DNA from: an uncultured Gammaproteobacteria bacterium
GTDB lineage: Bacteria; Patescibacteriota; Patescibacteriia; UBA2591; UBA6264
Assembly: GCA_964507075.1 (NCBI GenBank)
Contig: CAZDOL010000006.1
Span: forward strand, 1-32,000
Direction: 5' to 3'
Length of the DNA: 32,000 nucleotides
Positions 1 to 6,479 of this stretch are shown piece after piece. The notes beneath the pieces were generated by a model. That model saw nothing but the letters and a program-made list of their open reading frames with translations. It ran no database searches and was not told the origin of the DNA. Position numbers and translations under genes: made by a program. Within the stretch, counting starts at the first letter, position 1. Each line of letters starts with the position of its first letter.

Positions 1-14
1 AATTATTATTTATT

Positions 15-1118
15 ATGAAAATTCCATTATCAAACCCTGATATTACTAAAAAAGAGAGGGATGCTGTTTTAGAGGTTTTAAAAACTCCTAATTTAGCTTT
101 AGGTCCTAAACTAAAAGAATTTGAGAAAAATATGGCCAAATTTGCTGGCCGCAAACATGCCATTGCCACTAACTCAGGAACATCTGGACTTCACTTAGCT
201 ATCAAAGCTTTGGGTGTTAAAAAAGGAGATGAAGTAATCACCTCTCCTTTTTCTTTTATTTCTTCTGCCAATTGTGCTTTATTTGAAGAAGCTAAACCAA
301 TTTTTGTAGATATTGATCCAAAAACATTAAACATTGATGTTTTGAAGATTGAAAAATCCATAACTAAAAAAACGAAAGCAATGGTGATTGTTGATATTTT
401 CGGGCATCCTGTAGATTGGAATCCTATTTTAAAAATAGCAAAGAAATATAAACTAAAGATTATTGAAGATAGCTGTGAAGCAATCGGAGCGGAATATAAA
501 GGAAAAAAATGCGGGAGCTTTGGAGATATATCTACTTTTGCCTTTTATCCAAATAAACAAATGACTACTGGTGAAGGAGGAATAATCCTTACTGATGACC
601 AGAAGATAGCTAACTACTGTCAAGCCCTGACCAATCAAGGCAGAAAAGTGGAAAACGGACAATGGCTTAATCATAGTTATTTAGGATATAACTATAGAAT
701 GAGTGACATAAACGCTGCTTTAGGGATTGCCCAGCTCTCTAGAATTAAAGAAATCTTAGGAAAAAGAGATAGAGTGGCTAAGTTATATAACAAAAAATTA
801 AAGGATATAGAAGGAATCACTCTCCCTTATGTTGCCCCTTATGCGAAAATATCTTGGTTCGTCTATGTTATACAAGTACAAGTTGCCCGAGATCGTGACA
901 AAATTATGAACGAATTGCGACGACAAGGAATTAGTTGTAGTAATTATTTCCAATGCATTCATTTGCAACCCTTATATAAAAAAATGTTTGGATATAAACG
1001 AGGAGATTTTCCTATTGCAGAAAGAATATCCGACAAAACCATTGCCCTCCCCTTTTATAGTAATTTGACAGAAAAACAAATTGATTATGTTGTCAAAAAA
1101 TTAAAGGAATGTCTTTAA
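15..1118 (+). CDS. DegT/DnrJ/EryC1/StrS-family PLP-dependent sugar aminotransferase
   Basis: 367-aa ORF. Family hallmarks are readable in the translation: NSGTSGLHLA, DSCEAIGA, and FYPNKQMTTGEGG (PLP-lysine context). Confidence 0.9.
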   Translation: MKIPLSNPDITKKERDAVLEVLKTPNLALGPKLKEFEKNMAKFAGRKHAIATNSGTSGLHLAIKALGVKKGDEVITSPFSFISSANCALFEEAKPIFVDIDPKTLNIDVLKIEKSITKKTKAMVIVDIFGHPVDWNPILKIAKKYKLKIIEDSCEAIGAEYKGKKCGSFGDISTFAFYPNKQMTTGEGGIILTDDQKIANYCQALTNQGRKVENGQWLNHSYLGYNYRMSDINAALGIAQLSRIKEILGKRDRVAKLYNKKLKDIEGITLPYVAPYAKISWFVYVIQVQVARDRDKIMNELRRQGISCSNYFQCIHLQPLYKKMFGYKRGDFPIAERISDKTIALPFYSNLTEKQIDYVVKKLKECL

Positions 1119-1146
1119 TTGTTGAAGTTGGACTTCCACATTCTAT

Positions 1147-1227
1147 TTAATATTGACCCCAGATAAAGGAAAGTAATTAATGTTGACGTCAGGGAGCGCG
1201 TTCCGCTCACTACTGGGGTCTTTTTTT
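1147..1227 (+). repeat. Mosaic intergenic hairpin repeat, copy 1. The outer frame is TTAATRTTGACCCCAG ... CTGGGGTC plus T7. It probably also terminates the aminotransferase gene.
   Basis: 1147-1192 matches 2324-2369 at 45 of 46 nt. GACCCCAG (1155-1162) pairs with CTGGGGTC (1213-1220). An inner hairpin GAGCG-cgttc-CGCTC lies at 1194-1208, and a T7 run at 1221-1227. Confidence 0.7.
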
Positions 1228-1239
1228 GATTAAATTATC

Positions 1240-1268
1240 TTGACAAAAAAATAGCGTTTGTATACAAT
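1240..1268 (+). promoter_or_regulatory. Sigma70-type promoter for the MNT/HEPN cassette, overlapped by paired palindromic operators
   Basis: TTGACA (1240-1245), a 17-nt spacer, then TACAAT (1263-1268). The palindrome TTGTATACAA (1258-1267) overlaps the -10. A second TTGTATACA lies at 1279-1287, with centres 21 bp apart. Confidence 0.6.
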
Positions 1269-1303
1269 AATAATACAATTGTATACATTTTTAACACAAA
1301 CTT

Positions 1304-1894
1304 ATGCTAAAAGCATTATTTTCTTCTAATACTCGCGTTAAACTGCTAACCCTGTTTTTTACTAATCCAGAGAAAGATTTTTATTTGCGAGAAATTGAAA
1401 AATTAATTAAAGAAAACATTACTTCTGTTAGAAGAGAACTAATTTCTTTAAAAAAAATAGGCCTTTTTGAAGAATATTTAAGGGGAAATAATAAGTATTA
1501 CAAACTAAATAAAGATTTTCCATTTTATTCTGAACTTAAAAATATTATTTTTAAAACCACTGGAATCAAAGGTGTTCTTGAACAAATATTAAAAAAAATA
1601 AAAAACATAAAACTATCTTTTATTTATGGCTCCTACGCGAAAGGCATTGAAAACGAAAAAAGTGATATTGATTTAATGATAATTGGCAGCCCCAATTATA
1701 CTCAAACGCTAAAATCTCTAAAAAATATTGAAAAAAAATTAAATAGAGAAATTGATTTTATTATCTACAATGAAAAAGAATTTGCGAAAAAATTAAAAGA
1801 TAATTATTTTGTCAGAACTGTTGTAGAATCGCCTAAAATTAATTTAATCAATAATGTCGATGAATACATTAGAACAATTATTAAGGGAAAATAA
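1304..1894 (+). CDS. wHTH-fused minimal nucleotidyltransferase (MNT-type antitoxin-like partner of HEPN)
   Basis: The N-terminus is ArsR-like wHTH (NTRVKLLTLFF...YLREIEKL...SVRRELISLKKIGL). The central region carries the NTase motif GSYAKG...SDIDLMIIG. The 3' end overlaps the downstream HEPN gene. Confidence 0.8.
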   Translation: MLKALFSSNTRVKLLTLFFTNPEKDFYLREIEKLIKENITSVRRELISLKKIGLFEEYLRGNNKYYKLNKDFPFYSELKNIIFKTTGIKGVLEQILKKIKNIKLSFIYGSYAKGIENEKSDIDLMIIGSPNYTQTLKSLKNIEKKLNREIDFIIYNEKEFAKKLKDNYFVRTVVESPKINLINNVDEYIRTIIKGK

Positions 1895-2318
1895 ATTAGA
1901 AAAAATCCCAATAAATTTTTCAGAAACCTATAAATTACTGAAAAGTGCGGAAGAAGATATATCTTTTGCAGAAAAAAATGCTGAAATTAATATAAAATGG
2001 AGTTTTACCATACTTTATCATGCTGGCATAAAAATTCTTAGAGCCCTACTTGTTAGCAAAGGGATAAGAACTAAGGGCAGGTCTCAACATGTTACCCTTC
2101 TACAGATATCAGAAAACTTACTTGAACAAAATTTAAAAGACTTGTTTAACTTTCTGGACACAATGCGTAGAAAACGGCATCATTTTATTTACAGTGCTGA
2201 CGAACATATTAGTCAAGCAGATTTAAAAAAAGCATTTAAGGATATTAGATATTTGTTCAGATTAATTCAAAAATATATTCAGTCAACCAATCCACAAAAA
2301 AAATTATTTAATAAATAA
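1854..2318 (+). CDS. HEPN-domain protein (toxin-like partner of MNT)
   Basis: 154-aa all-helical ORF with an Rx4H motif (MRRKRHHFIY). It overlaps the MNT gene by about 40 nt. An alternative ATG is at 1860. Confidence 0.75.
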   Translation: MSMNTLEQLLRENKLEKIPINFSETYKLLKSAEEDISFAEKNAEINIKWSFTILYHAGIKILRALLVSKGIRTKGRSQHVTLLQISENLLEQNLKDLFNFLDTMRRKRHHFIYSADEHISQADLKKAFKDIRYLFRLIQKYIQSTNPQKKLFNK

Positions 2319-2323
2319 TTATA

Positions 2324-2430
2324 TTAATGTTGACCCCAGATAAAGGAAAGTAATTAATGTTGACGTCAGACGTTTCCCCGTCGCTACGCTCCTCCTTAAC
2401 GACTGACGTCTAATGCCCACCATTAGGGTC
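2324..2430 (+). repeat. Mosaic intergenic hairpin repeat, copy 2. It has the same 46-nt left module as copy 1 but a different inner module.
   Basis: 2324-2369 is the shared left module. The hairpin GACGTCAGACGTT (2362-2374) / AACGACTGACGTC (2398-2410) has a 23-nt CT-rich loop. A small hairpin CTAATG-cccac-CATTAG lies at 2410-2426. The right frame is degenerate (TTAGGGTC, 2423-2430). Confidence 0.7.
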
Positions 2431-2470
2431 TTAGAAACTTTTCTTTAAAGATTATGAAGTTTTTTTATTA

Positions 2471-2530
2471 TATTGCACAGATATTGACATATTTGCACAG
2501 ATATTGACATATTTGCATAGATTTTGTACA
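2471..2530 (+). repeat. Three tandem 20-bp iterons (ATTTGCACAGATATTGACAT-like) upstream of the HTH-GHKL gene
   Basis: Units lie at 2471-2490, 2491-2510 and 2511-2530. The first two differ by a single base at their second position. The third has diverged (ATTTGCATAGATTTTGTACA). Confidence 0.8.
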
Positions 2531-2532
2531 AT
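2504..2532 (+). promoter_or_regulatory. Consensus sigma70-type promoter built from the iterons
   Basis: TTGACA (2504-2509, in iteron 2), a 17-nt spacer, then TACAAT (2527-2532, created by the diverged iteron 3). The ATG follows at 2551. Confidence 0.65.
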
Positions 2533-2550
2533 ATTATTCAGGTATATATT

Positions 2551-3279
2551 ATGGAAAAAAATAAAAATCTTTTAGCTATAAGTGAAGCAGCAAAGTTTTT
2601 GGGGATTTCAATAGACACCTTAAGGCGTTGGGATTCAAAAGGAAAACTTAAAGCACTCAAAAGCTCCGGCGGTCATCGTTATTATTCTAAGGAACAATTG
2701 GAGAATTTTGTATCTGACCTTAGGGCGATTGCCAGTATTTGGGCCGGAAGCCAAACAGCTTCAGAGTTGTTGTCAGATTACTACTGCTACACACAAGATA
2801 TTTTCAAAGCACGACTTGATAGAATGGCTTTTGACCTTGACCGCAATCCAACCACAAAAACTTTAACTTCCTTAATTATCGCAATAACAGGTGAGATTGG
2901 TAATAACTCATTTGATCACAACTTTGGCAATTGGCCAGATATACCTGGTATTTTTTTTGCCAGCGATATGAATAAGCGGATTATCGTCCTTGCTGACCGA
3001 GGTATAGGAATTCGGGCGACCCTTCTTCGTGTACGACCTGATTTAAAAGACGATATAATGGCCTTGTCTGTGGCATTTACTGAACATATTTCCGGACGTT
3101 TTCCGGAACGAAGAGGAAACGGATTAAAATTTGTTAATAATATCGCAACCAAAAATCCAATAGGCGTTTCTTTGCAGTCGGGTACTTCTGTAGCAGAAAT
3201 TGCCAAGCAAAACGGCATTCTAAAGGTTGGTTTGGCAGATAAATATATACGCGGCACCTTGACCGTGATAACATATTAA
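2551..3279 (+). CDS. MerR/excisionase-type HTH fused to a minimal SpoIIAB/RsbW-like GHKL (HATPase_c) ATPase or kinase domain
   Basis: N-terminus: LLAISEAAKFLGISIDTLRRWDSKGKLKALKSSGGHRYYSKEQL. C-terminal half: N-box EIGNNSFDH (E, N at +4, H at +8, as in RsbW/SpoIIAB), G1 DRGIGI, G2 RRGNGLKF. I moved the start from the ORF-track TTG at 2524 to the ATG at 2551, because 2524-2532 is the -10 element. Confidence 0.6.
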   Translation: MEKNKNLLAISEAAKFLGISIDTLRRWDSKGKLKALKSSGGHRYYSKEQLENFVSDLRAIASIWAGSQTASELLSDYYCYTQDIFKARLDRMAFDLDRNPTTKTLTSLIIAITGEIGNNSFDHNFGNWPDIPGIFFASDMNKRIIVLADRGIGIRATLLRVRPDLKDDIMALSVAFTEHISGRFPERRGNGLKFVNNIATKNPIGVSLQSGTSVAEIAKQNGILKVGLADKYIRGTLTVITY

Positions 3280-3284
3280 TTATT

Positions 3285-3554
3285 ATGCGAATAGAACTTA
3301 AAAAATTTGGCAGAGTATTGACTTCGCGTCCCGAGGGCAAAGAAGCTTTTGCGGCAATTCGTCCCACCCTTGACCCAAACGTTAACATAGTGGAAATTGA
3401 TTTTTCTGACATTATTTCACTTGCTCCTTCTTGGGGCGATGAATTTTTTACTGCACTCAAAAATATGTACAAAGAACGGGTGATATATTTGCCAACAAAA
3501 AACCAATCGGTAATAGAAACATTAAAAATTCTCAAAGAGGACAACGGACAATAA
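3285..3554 (+). CDS. STAS-like small protein (DUF4325-type), putative partner or antagonist of the upstream GHKL protein
   Basis: 89-aa ORF starting 5 nt after the GHKL stop codon. The segment VEIDFSDIISLAPSWGDEFF resembles the anti-sigma-antagonist LDLSxVxFxDSSG region. I recognise the family by recall, not by a search. Confidence 0.55.
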   Translation: MRIELKKFGRVLTSRPEGKEAFAAIRPTLDPNVNIVEIDFSDIISLAPSWGDEFFTALKNMYKERVIYLPTKNQSVIETLKILKEDNGQ

Positions 3555-3600
3555 AGTCCAGAAAAAAATACATGTCTTTAAGAGATAAAGCTTGATTTTA

Positions 3601-3716
3601 TTAATGTTGACCCCAGAGGAGTGCGTTCCGCCGACCAAGTGGGGACTTTTTAACGTCAACGTCAGACGTTTTCCCATCGCTTCGCTCCTCTTTAACGACT
3701 GACGTTTATATTTTTT
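3601..3716 (+). repeat. Mosaic intergenic hairpin repeat, copy 3 (two successive hairpin plus T-run modules), probably terminating the GHKL/STAS cassette
   Basis: TTAATGTTGACCCCAG lies at 3601-3616. GACCCCA (3609-3615) pairs with TGGGGAC (3640-3646) with one A-A mismatch, followed by T5. Hairpin AACGTCAGACGTT (3658-3670) / AACGACTGACGTT (3694-3706) is followed by a T-rich run to 3716. The inner GGAGYGCGTTCCGC module is homologous to 1193-1206. Confidence 0.7.
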
Positions 3717-3730
3717 GAATCTGAGTGATA

Positions 3731-3758
3731 TTGACAAAATCCGTGAATCTGCTATATT
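3731..3758 (+). promoter_or_regulatory. Sigma70-type promoter for the cupin gene
   Basis: TTGACA (3731-3736), a 16-nt spacer, then TATATT (3753-3758). A strong SD, AAGGAGGT (3782-3789), sits 4 nt before the GTG start at 3794. Confidence 0.6.
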
Positions 3759-3793
3759 GAGAGTAATAATATAAAAGTGCCAAGGAGGTACAG

Positions 3794-4294
3794 GTGAAAA
3801 TACATTTTTCTATTAAAGATGTTCAAGAGATTGAAACTCGCGGGCCATGGAGAACGAAGAGCGAGGGCAATTTAATGGTTCTTTTCTCCTTCCCTTACGA
3901 AATTGACATGAAAAGATTTCTCAGATGGGATGACAAAGAGCTGAAAAATATTCCAGACATCAGAGGACTGAGATATTACAGTGTCAGGAGCCTTCCCAAA
4001 GGACAAGTCGGAGGAGGAGAATTCCATAGAATAAGACAAGAAATTGTCTTCGCTACAGAAGGGTCTGTGCAATGGGAGTGTGAAGATCTCTCTGGGAAGA
4101 AAAAAATCACAATTCTTGCCCCTCAGAATGGGATCTGGCTATCACCTTTCATTCTTCATTCTTACAAAGTGTTAGAAGAAGGAACAGGGTTAGCGGTGAT
4201 TGCAAACACCACTTTTGATCCCGAAAACACTAAAACACATGACACATTTTCTCTCTCTGAATTTCAAAAACTTCAAAAAGAACATCAAAAATGA
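3794..4294 (+). CDS. WxcM/FdtA-like cupin (putative sugar 3,4-ketoisomerase-type glycan enzyme)
   Basis: 166-aa ORF with a GTG start behind a perfect SD. A cupin-like core is visible (GGGEFHRIRQEIVFATEGSV...LSPFILHSY). The family call is from recall of FdtA/WxcM C-terminal domains. Confidence 0.5.
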   Translation: MKIHFSIKDVQEIETRGPWRTKSEGNLMVLFSFPYEIDMKRFLRWDDKELKNIPDIRGLRYYSVRSLPKGQVGGGEFHRIRQEIVFATEGSVQWECEDLSGKKKITILAPQNGIWLSPFILHSYKVLEEGTGLAVIANTTFDPENTKTHDTFSLSEFQKLQKEHQK

Positions 4295-4308
4295 AAATCT
4301 TTCATACA

Positions 4309-4345
4309 ATGGACTATAAGAAATGCTTCCTATAGTCCATTTTTC
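4309..4345 (+). terminator. Intrinsic terminator after the cupin gene
   Basis: A perfect 10-bp stem, ATGGACTATA (4309-4318) / TATAGTCCAT (4331-4340), with a 12-nt loop, followed by TTTTC. Confidence 0.7.
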
Positions 4346-4369
4346 GTAGAAAAAACAGCATAAAAAACA

Positions 4370-4397
4370 TTGACCTTTTGGATAAATAATCTAAAAT
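4370..4397 (+). promoter_or_regulatory. Sigma70-type promoter for the CapD-type gene
   Basis: TTGACC (4370-4375), a 16-nt spacer, then TAAAAT (4392-4397). Confidence 0.5.
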
Positions 4398-4416
4398 AAT
4401 AAGAGATATTTAATTT

Positions 4417-6324
4417 ATGAAATCTGCATCTCTAAAAAATAAAATATTTCATAAAACAACTTTAAAGAAGACCATATTCTTTTTGCTTTGTGATACAATA
4501 TTAATAGCTTTATCTTGTTTCTTGGGATTTTTACTTCGTTTTGATGGGGCTATTGATCCTCAATATTTTTCAATGATTAAGGCCTTTGCTGTATTGGCTG
4601 TGCCTTTAACTATAGTATTTTTTACTGTAGAAAAATTATATTCTATCTCTTGGTCTTTTATCAGTATCAGAGAGATTATTAAATTAGGAAGAGCTATTAT
4701 ATTAAGTTTTGCTTCTTTGGGAGCAATTCTTTTTCTTCTTAAAGATCACGACATGTTTCAAGGATTCCCCCGCTCTATTGTCTTTATTTCCGCCTCTATC
4801 GCCCTTTTTACTACTGGCGCATTACGTTTTGCTAAAAGAATATATCTCTACGGCTTTAAGAATAAATCAAAAGGAAATGGCGAGAATAAAAATAAAATTT
4901 TAATCATTGGTGCTGGAGATGCTGGAGAAAAACTAGCTCGACATATCATTGCTACTCCTAATATACCATATTCCTTAAAGGGATTTATTGATGACAATCC
5001 CATGAAACAGGGTGTATTGATACATGGGATTAAGGTTTTAGGAAAAATCAAAGAGCTTCCTGAAATTATTTCTCGAGAAGGAATTAAAGAAATTATTATT
5101 GCTATACCATCTGCTCCACCCAAGGTTATAAAAGAAACCGTGGAGTTAGCCCGACAAGCAAAAATTGAAAAGATAAAGATTTTGCCCGGAACAAAAGAAA
5201 TTTTAGAGGAAAAGGTGAGCTTGAGTAATTTAAGAGAAATCTCAATTGAGGACTTGCTGGGTAGAGACCCGATTGAAATAGATACCTATGCCATTAAAGA
5301 ATACATTACAGATAAAATTGTTTTAGTCACTGGCGCTGCCGGATCTATTGGCTCTGTTTTATGTGAACAAATTTTAAAATTTAAACCAAGAAAGCTAATT
5401 GCATTGGACCAAAGAGAAACTGCTCTTTTTTACTTAAAAAGAGATTTAAATAAATTGTGGAAAAATTCATCTTTAGCAGAAAACCCACTAAATTTCGCTT
5501 TGGTTGATATCTGCGATAAAAACAAGATAGATAAAATATTTGAAAAATTCCACCCTAATGTTATTTTCCATGCGGCCGCATATAAGCATGTGCCAATGAT
5601 GGAAGACGACCCAGACGAAGCAGTAAAAAATAATATTTTTGGGACCTTAACAATCGGCCAAGCAGCTTTGAAATATAATACAGAAAAATTCGTCATGGTT
5701 TCCACTGACAAAGCCATAAATCCCACTTCTGTTATGGGAGCCAGCAAAAGAATGTGTGAAAAAGTATGTGTCTGGTTAAATAATAAATGGGGACAGGCAC
5801 CTTCGGAGCCAGTCCCCGGGACAGTCCCCTCTACAAAATTTTGTGCGGTAAGGTTTGGAAATGTTTTGGGAAGCCAAGGGAGTGTAGTTCCTATATTTGA
5901 AAAACAAATCAAAAAAGGAGGGCCTGTAGAAGTAACTGACCCAGAAATGAAGAGGTATTTTATGATTACTAGCGAGGCCTGTCTCTTGATAATGCAGGCA
6001 GGAGCTATTGGTCAAGGAGGAGAAGTTTTCGTGTTAGATATGGGTCAACCAGTAAAAATATTAGACTTAGCTAAAGAAATGATCCGTTTAGCAGGATACA
6101 AACCAGACGTTGATGTTCCAATTGTTTTTACGGGTATTAGACAAGGAGAAAAACTGTTTGAAGAAATCATAACTGCCAATGAATCCCCCACTAAACATGA
6201 AAAGATATTTATTTCCCATTTAGATAATAATGGAGATGATATGGAGAGAATCTTAAAAGAATTTGAACAAGCTTTATTGGAGATGAATCAAGAAAAAATA
6301 AAAGAATTATTGGATATAAAATAG
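4417..6324 (+). CDS. Membrane-anchored CapD/PglF/WbpM-type polysaccharide biosynthesis protein (nucleotide-sugar 4,6-dehydratase family)
   Basis: 635 aa. The N-terminus has hydrophobic segments. Two Rossmann motifs are present (ILIIGAGDAGEKLA and VLVTGAAGSIGS). Also present are YKHVPMME, VSTDKAINPTSVMGASKR and VRFGNVLGSQGSVVPIF. Confidence 0.9.
   Translation: MKSASLKNKIFHKTTLKKTIFFLLCDTILIALSCFLGFLLRFDGAIDPQYFSMIKAFAVLAVPLTIVFFTVEKLYSISWSFISIREIIKLGRAIILSFASLGAILFLLKDHDMFQGFPRSIVFISASIALFTTGALRFAKRIYLYGFKNKSKGNGENKNKILIIGAGDAGEKLARHIIATPNIPYSLKGFIDDNPMKQGVLIHGIKVLGKIKELPEIISREGIKEIIIAIPSAPPKVIKETVELARQAKIEKIKILPGTKEILEEKVSLSNLREISIEDLLGRDPIEIDTYAIKEYITDKIVLVTGAAGSIGSVLCEQILKFKPRKLIALDQRETALFYLKRDLNKLWKNSSLAENPLNFALVDICDKNKIDKIFEKFHPNVIFHAAAYKHVPMMEDDPDEAVKNNIFGTLTIGQAALKYNTEKFVMVSTDKAINPTSVMGASKRMCEKVCVWLNNKWGQAPSEPVPGTVPSTKFCAVRFGNVLGSQGSVVPIFEKQIKKGGPVEVTDPEMKRYFMITSEACLLIMQAGAIGQGGEVFVLDMGQPVKILDLAKEMIRLAGYKPDVDVPIVFTGIRQGEKLFEEIITANESPTKHEKIFISHLDNNGDDMERILKEFEQALLEMNQEKIKELLDIK
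5785..5831 (+). repeat. In-frame copy of a GC-rich intergenic hairpin repeat inside the CapD-type CDS
   Basis: 47 of 47 nt are identical to intergenic 31715-31761. It starts on a codon boundary and encodes KWGQAPSEPVPGTVP(S). Imperfect hairpin GGGGACAGGCACC-ttc-GGAGCCAGTCCCC, followed by GGGACAGTCCCC. Confidence 0.9.
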
Positions 6325-6346
6325 GTGCTTGGGGATTGGGATTTTA

Positions 6347-6379
6347 TGATGTTAACGTTTTTGACCACTGGGGTCTTTT
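6347..6379 (+). repeat. Collapsed or degenerate copy of the mosaic repeat frame (TTGACC|ACTGGGGTCTTTT)
   Basis: GATGTTAACGTTTTTGACCACTGGGGTCTTTT retains both ends of the frame seen at 1151-1227 but lacks the interior. Confidence 0.5.
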
Positions 6380-6408
6380 GCACGGGGTAAACCCGTGCAT
6401 TTTGTTTG
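6380..6408 (+). terminator. Intrinsic terminator after the CapD-type gene
   Basis: Stem GCACGGG (6380-6386) / CCCGTGC (6392-6398) with a 5-nt loop, followed by ATTTTGTTTG. Confidence 0.7.
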
Positions 6409-6433
6409 ACAAAAAATTTTACTGTTATATAAT
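6406..6433 (+). promoter_or_regulatory. Sigma70-type promoter for the abiE cassette
   Basis: TTGACA (6406-6411), a 16-nt spacer, then TATAAT (6428-6433). Confidence 0.6.
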
Positions 6434-6479
6434 ATAAATAACCATTTCATTTATTTTATAATAAACTAAAGAAACTGAA

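Noticed and set aside
1193-1208. GCGTTCCGC / GTTC-containing hairpins considered as tRNA T-arm fragments or tRNA genes
   Set aside because: No cloverleaf can be drawn. No GTTCGAATC-type T-loop, acceptor stem or anticodon arm is present, and the intergenic regions are too short or too repeat-like.
2471-2530. Tandem repeats (20 bp x3 here, 8 bp x5.5 at 14005-14048) considered as CRISPR arrays
   Set aside because: The units are contiguous with no spacers and are far shorter than CRISPR repeats. No cas genes are present in the window.
2524-2550. ORF-track start (TTG at 2524) for the HTH-GHKL gene, and the 29978 start for the T4CP-like ATPase
   Set aside because: 2524-2532 coincides with the -10 hexamer of a consensus promoter, so the ATG at 2551 (MEKNK...) is the plausible start. 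For the ATPase, the first 12 codons (MFFFSNLNIIKT) overlap a TATAAT element, and the ATG at 29942 fits better.
3522-3737. A - strand ORF with an SD-like AAAGAGGAG 7 nt before an internal ATG (MGKRLTLTLK...)
   Set aside because: It lies inside the repeat and terminator region and overlaps the 3' end of the STAS-like gene. The equivalent triplet in repeat copy 2 is ACG, so the peptide is not conserved. The similarity is at the nucleotide-repeat level.
1119-6479. Cassette-boundary hairpin repeats considered as integron attC sites (a CALIN-like array)
   Set aside because: The candidate core sites GTTGACC, GTTGACG and GTTAACG do not fit GTTRRRY. Most cassettes carry their own strong promoter, which is atypical for integron cassettes. 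No integrase or attI is visible.
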